From: a virus
Lineage: Duplodnaviria > Caudoviricetes
Length of the DNA: 64,000 nucleotides
Strand: one strand, 5' to 3'
Virus record (IMG/VR): IMGVR_UViG_3300037501_000255
Below, piece by piece: positions 59,798 through 64,000 of this stretch (position 1 is its first letter; each line of letters opens with the position of its first letter). The translations under genes and the position numbers were made by a program. The notes under the pieces were generated by a model. The model worked only from the letters and a program-made list of their open reading frames with translations, was not told the DNA's origin and made no database searches.

Positions 59798-60430
59798 CTA
59801 CTTTCGGGAAAGAACTTCTTGAACCTGACGGCCGGTCAGCTCCCGCCGTGCAATCAGCGTATCGACCAGACGGTAGAAATCACCCTCGTTCGACTCCACT
59901 CTTTTGACAGCCTCCGTGAAACAAAAGTTCAGGACCGCCCGTGTATTATGGCCTAGCTTCTTCTTGTAGAAACGTTGCACATCCACGTCAATATTCTTGA
60001 CCACTTGCGGGGCGTGCTGGGCAGCGATGGCCTCGGCCATAGTCAGTGCGTCCTCTAGATCTTTACCGCAGCCGTGAGTATCTACCTCACCACGGCCAAC
60101 GTACTCACCAGCAGCGCCGCCGAGAGCAACAATCACCTGCTCCCACTGAACAAACACGGGGAGTCCAGTGAGATTGTATTGAACTTTGCCACCACTCTCC
60201 TCATCGGGCACCGTGGTGACGCGACGCAGCGTAGACTTTACACGCTCGGTCTTCAGCACCGTAATGGCGTGCCCAGCCTCATGAACTGCGGTTTTGAACT
60301 GGGTCTTGGGGCCGGTGATTTCCGCCAGCTGCCTGCGGTAGGCGTGCCGCAAGTAGGTATTGTAGGCAAGGAGTCCCACGGTCACTGCCGCAAGAATATT
60401 CGAAAGAAACAACAAAAAGTCACGGGTCAC
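59798..60430 (-). CDS. Membrane-anchored M41 (FtsH-type) peptidase domain without AAA module
   Basis: N-terminal TM helix; TAVHEAGHA; VALGGAAGE; GCGKDLEDA; LV..L.....L.G..V..VL. Confidence 0.8.
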   Translation of the reverse strand: MTRDFLLFLSNILAAVTVGLLAYNTYLRHAYRRQLAEITGPKTQFKTAVHEAGHAITVLKTERVKSTLRRVTTVPDEESGGKVQYNLTGLPVFVQWEQVIVALGGAAGEYVGRGEVDTHGCGKDLEDALTMAEAIAAQHAPQVVKNIDVDVQRFYKKKLGHNTRAVLNFCFTEAVKRVESNEGDFYRLVDTLIARRELTGRQVQEVLSRK

Positions 60431-60824
60431 CTTCTACCTCCATCTGGTGACGGAACTTCATGTACTGCATATACAACTTCCGAGACTCGGCAGAGGTCGT
60501 GTTGCCGTCTTCGATGTCGCACAGCAGAGTAAGTGCCTCGCGCTCACTCAGCTTGCCGGAACCCAGCAGCCGCATCATCAGGCGGACGGCTGGAGACTCA
60601 CGATTCTCATTGACCCGCAAGCACTCAAGTGCAGCCCGCATGTGCTCCACGGCATGCTCGGCCCAGTAATCCACATCGCTCAGATACCCATTGTTGTCGG
60701 GCCGCTGCTCGGTCGGATGGATAGGCTGCGGGGGCATGTTGAGTGCGGAAATTGCATTCATGATTTCGTGCATAGCCGAAAGAATCGGATCTTCCGTAGA
60801 TTTGGGATTCATGGGCTTACTCAT
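60420..60824 (-). CDS. Hypothetical protein
   Basis: 134 aa ORF. Confidence 0.55.
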   Translation of the reverse strand: MSKPMNPKSTEDPILSAMHEIMNAISALNMPPQPIHPTEQRPDNNGYLSDVDYWAEHAVEHMRAALECLRVNENRESPAVRLMMRLLGSGKLSEREALTLLCDIEDGNTTSAESRKLYMQYMKFRHQMEVEGDP

Positions 60825-61434
60825 ACATATCCATCAGGGTGTTCGGTGCTGCGATGTTCCGGGCGCCGCGCAGCGCAAGGCGAGTCTGTGTCAGCATTTC
60901 ACGCAGACCGGCCTCGAATGCAAACTTGAAGTTGTCCGCAAGGTTGACAGCCACATCCTGATCAAGTACCTTGATCACCACGCCCACCAGCCCATTGGGA
61001 CCGTAGACTGCAATCTGGTAGTCGGGAGAATGAGATACTTCTGGCTGCTGTTTTTCTACGACAACCCGATATCTATTGTGCATGGCAGACTTGCCCTTCC
61101 TGCTGGCTTAGCAGCCGCTTCTGATCGAGGATTGCCATCCTCAACACCTCACTGGGTCCAGTATCAATCACAGAGAAGGAAGCGTAGGGCGCACAAACCC
61201 CCCACGCATCAAGCTTGCCGAGATGATAGAATGCACCGGCACGCTCTCCGCGCTCCACACACTCCATGAATCTGATGTAGGTGCGTCGGTCACGAATATT
61301 CATTCGCAGATCCTTTGTCCATCGCAGTTGTAGATATTGCCCCCAATCTGCCAGCATTCAATGTAAAAGTGGCAGTAGAGGATCAGATGGAATTTCAGCA
61401 GAAGCGCGGATAGGGACGCCGCCATTTATACACC

Positions 61435-61842
61435 TCAATATTCTGAACCATACAGCATTCTATGTTCCCATCGCGCCTCGCTGTCAGCTATTGCCCGGTA
61501 TTTGGCATCCTCTTTTTCGCGCTTACACCAGCATCGGTATTCCTTGGGATGCCTTTCCTTGAAAAGGACGGTATCCACAACCAGCACTTTGCCAGTCCCA
61601 GAGCAACATTCACAACACACATCATATGCGCCGCGCATGTACTTCTCGCGATCCTCCTCATCCCATTCCGCCCACTCGGACTGAGTGATGCCGTTGCCAT
61701 CGATGGAGGGATTGGAATGGTGCCCATTGCCTTTGCATCGAGAGCAGATCTTCCAGCGAGCTGGAACCTCGAGCTCGTATTCCTCACCAGCATCATCTTC
61801 GTTGTCGTCTCGATAAAATGTCATGGTTTTTGTGAGAGCCAT
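61435..61842 (-). CDS. Hypothetical protein with DnaJ-like CxxCxGxG motifs
   Basis: ICSRCKGNG and CECCSGTGKV. Confidence 0.7.
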   Translation of the reverse strand: MALTKTMTFYRDDNEDDAGEEYELEVPARWKICSRCKGNGHHSNPSIDGNGITQSEWAEWDEEDREKYMRGAYDVCCECCSGTGKVLVVDTVLFKERHPKEYRCWCKREKEDAKYRAIADSEARWEHRMLYGSEY

Positions 61843-61870
61843 TCATTCCTCCAGGGTGATGGGAAGTTAA

Positions 61871-61913
61871 ATAAAAGGAAAGCCCCTCCTCAACCACATC
61901 GGTGAGGAGGAGC
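61871..61913 (-). terminator. Intrinsic terminator
   Basis: CTCCTCCTCA...TGAGGAGGGG stem followed by TTTCCTTTT on the minus strand. Confidence 0.65.
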
Positions 61914-61983
61914 GGTTCTTACAGATCGTAGAGGATCGCGGCTTGGATTTGATCCAGTACAAGCTCTACGTTGCAGTCCAGCA

Positions 61984-62319
61984 TCAATCCGAGGAGTCGC
62001 AGAGCCAGTAGATGGTGACATCCTTGGGCGTACGCTTCTGCACGCGATTCTCCTGCCCACGGTCAATGAGCAACAGAGCGGTCACGTCCTGATCCGTGAT
62101 ATCACCATCATCAAGGCGACAGTATGTCAGAGTACCCTCAGAACAACACCGACCGCAAGAGCTGCTATTCTGTTTCACCAGCTTCAGATTCTGCTCGATG
62201 TAGATCCGAGCCTTGCTGGAACGCATTGCGCGCTTGACCCAGGCGTCGCCAAAGCTCTTGTAGCTGGTGAGTTCCTTGACCTTCGCAGCAGGGAGTTCGA
62301 TATTGTCGATGAAATCCAT
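61984..62319 (-). CDS. Hypothetical protein
   Basis: 111 aa ORF with GGAGG RBS; ends WLCDSSD. Confidence 0.65.
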   Translation of the reverse strand: MDFIDNIELPAAKVKELTSYKSFGDAWVKRAMRSSKARIYIEQNLKLVKQNSSSCGRCCSEGTLTYCRLDDGDITDQDVTALLLIDRGQENRVQKRTPKDVTIYWLCDSSD

Positions 62320-63026
62320 ACGTTCCTCCTAGTCCTCGGGGGACCAAAGTTTGAAGCACTGGCGACAACATACCCAACCATCGGGCATTTCAGAAAATGC
62401 ATGACCCAGTTTGCAGGGAGTTGCAAGCCAGGTTCGAAGAGCGCGCCTCAGTAGCTCCCGGGGCGCAACATTCGGGGGGCGGTAGTACGTAAGCCCGGGG
62501 GAGGCAGGGAGGCAAGGCTCAGTCCTATTGCTCATCCTGATACCCCTTCTGCTTGCGGTCGCGTTTGCGATCACGATGACACCCAGCACCGCTACGGCGC
62601 CAGGCATTGACCGCAATCCAGTTACGAGTCTTTACCTTTTTTCGGCGGGTTTTCATTCATCCACTCTCCAATCCGCTGAATGACAACACACAGCTGCTCA
62701 TCGCTCAGCTCGTCAAGGGCAAAACGAAAGAAGATCCGCCAATCTACCCTGCGCAGGGTAGAGATTGCGAGGATTGTGCGGATATTACCCTCTCTCTGAT
62801 CTCCAGGTGTCCGACTCTCCATTCATCTCCTGCAGCCATTCGAATCGGTCGTTGTGGACCTTTACGAAGGAATTGAGATTGTACTCCATCAGATCTTCGA
62901 GCGGGCGGCTGAGAGGAATCTCCTGCACCACCTGCCGATGATTGTTGGGGCTTACTTGCACCAGCGAGACTTGACTGACCGGCACAAGCATTCCCATGAC
63001 GCGCACATATAGAATCTTCTCATTCA

Positions 63027-63311
63027 TTAGTTGATCTCCACACATTCCCATGTCAGAAGAGCAGAGGCTCCGGCAATAATACCAATCAGAATACTTGAAT
63101 CAAAGAAGATTGAAGCTGCGAAGCCTGCACCTAAGCCCATGAGGGTAGCAACGATGAACTTATCGTGCGAGCGAGTCAATACCGGCGTGGGCTTCGGCAG
63201 AGACGGCATGTGCGGGTTGTTCTTGCGGTACATCGGCGGGTCGAGACTGTACAGAATCGGACGCGTTCCGGCGGGACGTGATTCCAGCTCCAATCCACTC
63301 GGTTCATTCAT
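63027..63311 (-). CDS. Hypothetical membrane protein
   Basis: Start MNEPSGL at 63311; two C-terminal hydrophobic helices. Confidence 0.55.
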   Translation of the reverse strand: MNEPSGLELESRPAGTRPILYSLDPPMYRKNNPHMPSLPKPTPVLTRSHDKFIVATLMGLGAGFAASIFFDSSILIGIIAGASALLTWECVEIN

Positions 63312-63585
63312 GATTGCATGCTCCTGATTTCCATACCCACACAGAGTATGAGCAAGTTTTCCTACACGAACCCCGGTCCATCCTTCCGGAATGGGATCTG
63401 CCCAGCCGGCCTTTCTTGCCTGCCGAGACAACGTGGGCCGACATCATGGTGATGTTCGGAATCTTCACGTCAAAAGGGCAGGCAAGATGTGTACCGGCTC
63501 AGCTACCGCAGTTGCTCCAAAAGGAGCGAAGAGCAGGAGGGTATCACCCTCCTGCACATGAGGTGTGTGTTGATGATGTTAGCGT
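63304..63585 (-). pseudogene. Small S4-like-motif protein interrupted by an internal 52 bp inversion
   Basis: Re-inverting 63425-63476 yields EPVHILPAETTWADIMVMFGIFTSKGQARKAGWADPIPEGWTGVRVGKLAH; start position approximate. Confidence 0.7.
63414..63487. repeat. 11 bp inverted repeats flanking the inverted segment
   Basis: TCTTGCCTGCC (63414-63424) and GGCAGGCAAGA (63477-63487). Confidence 0.92.
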
Positions 63586-64000
63586 CTACCCTCTTCTGGC
63601 TCAAATGATACCTCCATTCGGCGCAGCAGGTCAGTCTTGATCTGTCCCATACGCTGCTTCGTCACACCAAATCGTTCGGCCAGAACCTGCAGGGGCACAT
63701 CCTCGCAGACATGCTCTCGCAGAATTGCAGCCTCGCGCTCATTCACATCGAAGCGTGCGAGCACAGCACGGACGCGTTCTCTGGCAATTGTACTGACGGC
63801 ACGTTCCTGTGGCCCAGGGCTAGAGTCTGCAATGGTATCGAACAGTGCGAAGTGACGCTGATCGTCGCCAGCCTCACCAGAGATTCGACCGAAGGCGCGC
63901 ATGGTGCCACCATCGACCGCACGATTCTCGACATTCAGATATCGACCCTCACGCTTGATCGGCGCACAGCGAGACTGGCGAATCTCGGATTCCATCCACT
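63579..64000 (-). CDS. Sigma-70 family RNA polymerase sigma factor, C-terminal part (runs off the window)
   Basis: Region 4 HTH: NEREAAIL......PLQVLAERFGVTKQRMGQIK; upstream LFDTIAD..P.PQE. Confidence 0.75.
   Translation of the reverse strand, partial: WMESEIRQSRCAPIKREGRYLNVENRAVDGGTMRAFGRISGEAGDDQRHFALFDTIADSSPGPQERAVSTIARERVRAVLARFDVNEREAAILREHVCEDVPLQVLAERFGVTKQRMGQIKTDLLRRMEVSFEPEEGRR

Noticed and set aside
42448-60929. Long plus-strand ORFs (e.g. 42448..43041, 48135..49079, 53080..53784, 57312..57983)
   Set aside because: Antisense to well-supported minus-strand genes in a GC-rich region; no RBS or motifs.
1-64000. Genome-wide stop-codon reassignment (TAG = Gln)
   Set aside because: Long genes are intact under the standard code, and TAG ends genes at natural termini (DNA ligase RDYE*, mnmA, TAG-ATG junction at 2085).
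1-64000. CRISPR array
   Set aside because: No 25-40 bp repeats with unique spacers found by eye; the 39058-39450 array is a 9 bp tandem repeat without spacers.

Overview
A 64 kb segment of a large (jumbo-type) tailed-phage genome, nearly all genes on the minus strand and with no capsid, tail or DNA polymerase genes in the window. Recognisable content: UvsE endonuclease, ClpB, MnmA, an ATP-dependent DNA ligase, several RNA ligases or remnants, an RlaP-type nucleotidyltransferase, macrodomain, 2H, calcineurin-like, HAD and HD hydrolases, a PLP aminotransferase, a radical SAM protein, a deaminase, an HhH glycosylase, an M41-type peptidase, part of a sigma factor, a complete tmRNA and three tRNAs. 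The tmRNA tag, Cys-rich lipoproteins and a GC-rich insert suggest a Myxococcota-like host (inference). Many small genes carry indels, in-frame stops or deletion junctions while long enzyme genes are intact, so either local sequence error or real decay is present. Main unusual signals: a 52 bp intragenic inversion between 11 bp inverted repeats that switches a gene off; a 1.75 kb island between 15 bp direct repeats; an 0.8 kb two-gene bacterial insert with a 4 bp duplication; tandem S-[G/W/R]-A repeat peptides; a repeated intergenic TAATTAATTA palindrome; six promoters sharing a 16 bp spacer; and an RNA-repair/anti-defence cluster. All family calls are by eye from motifs; no database search was run.
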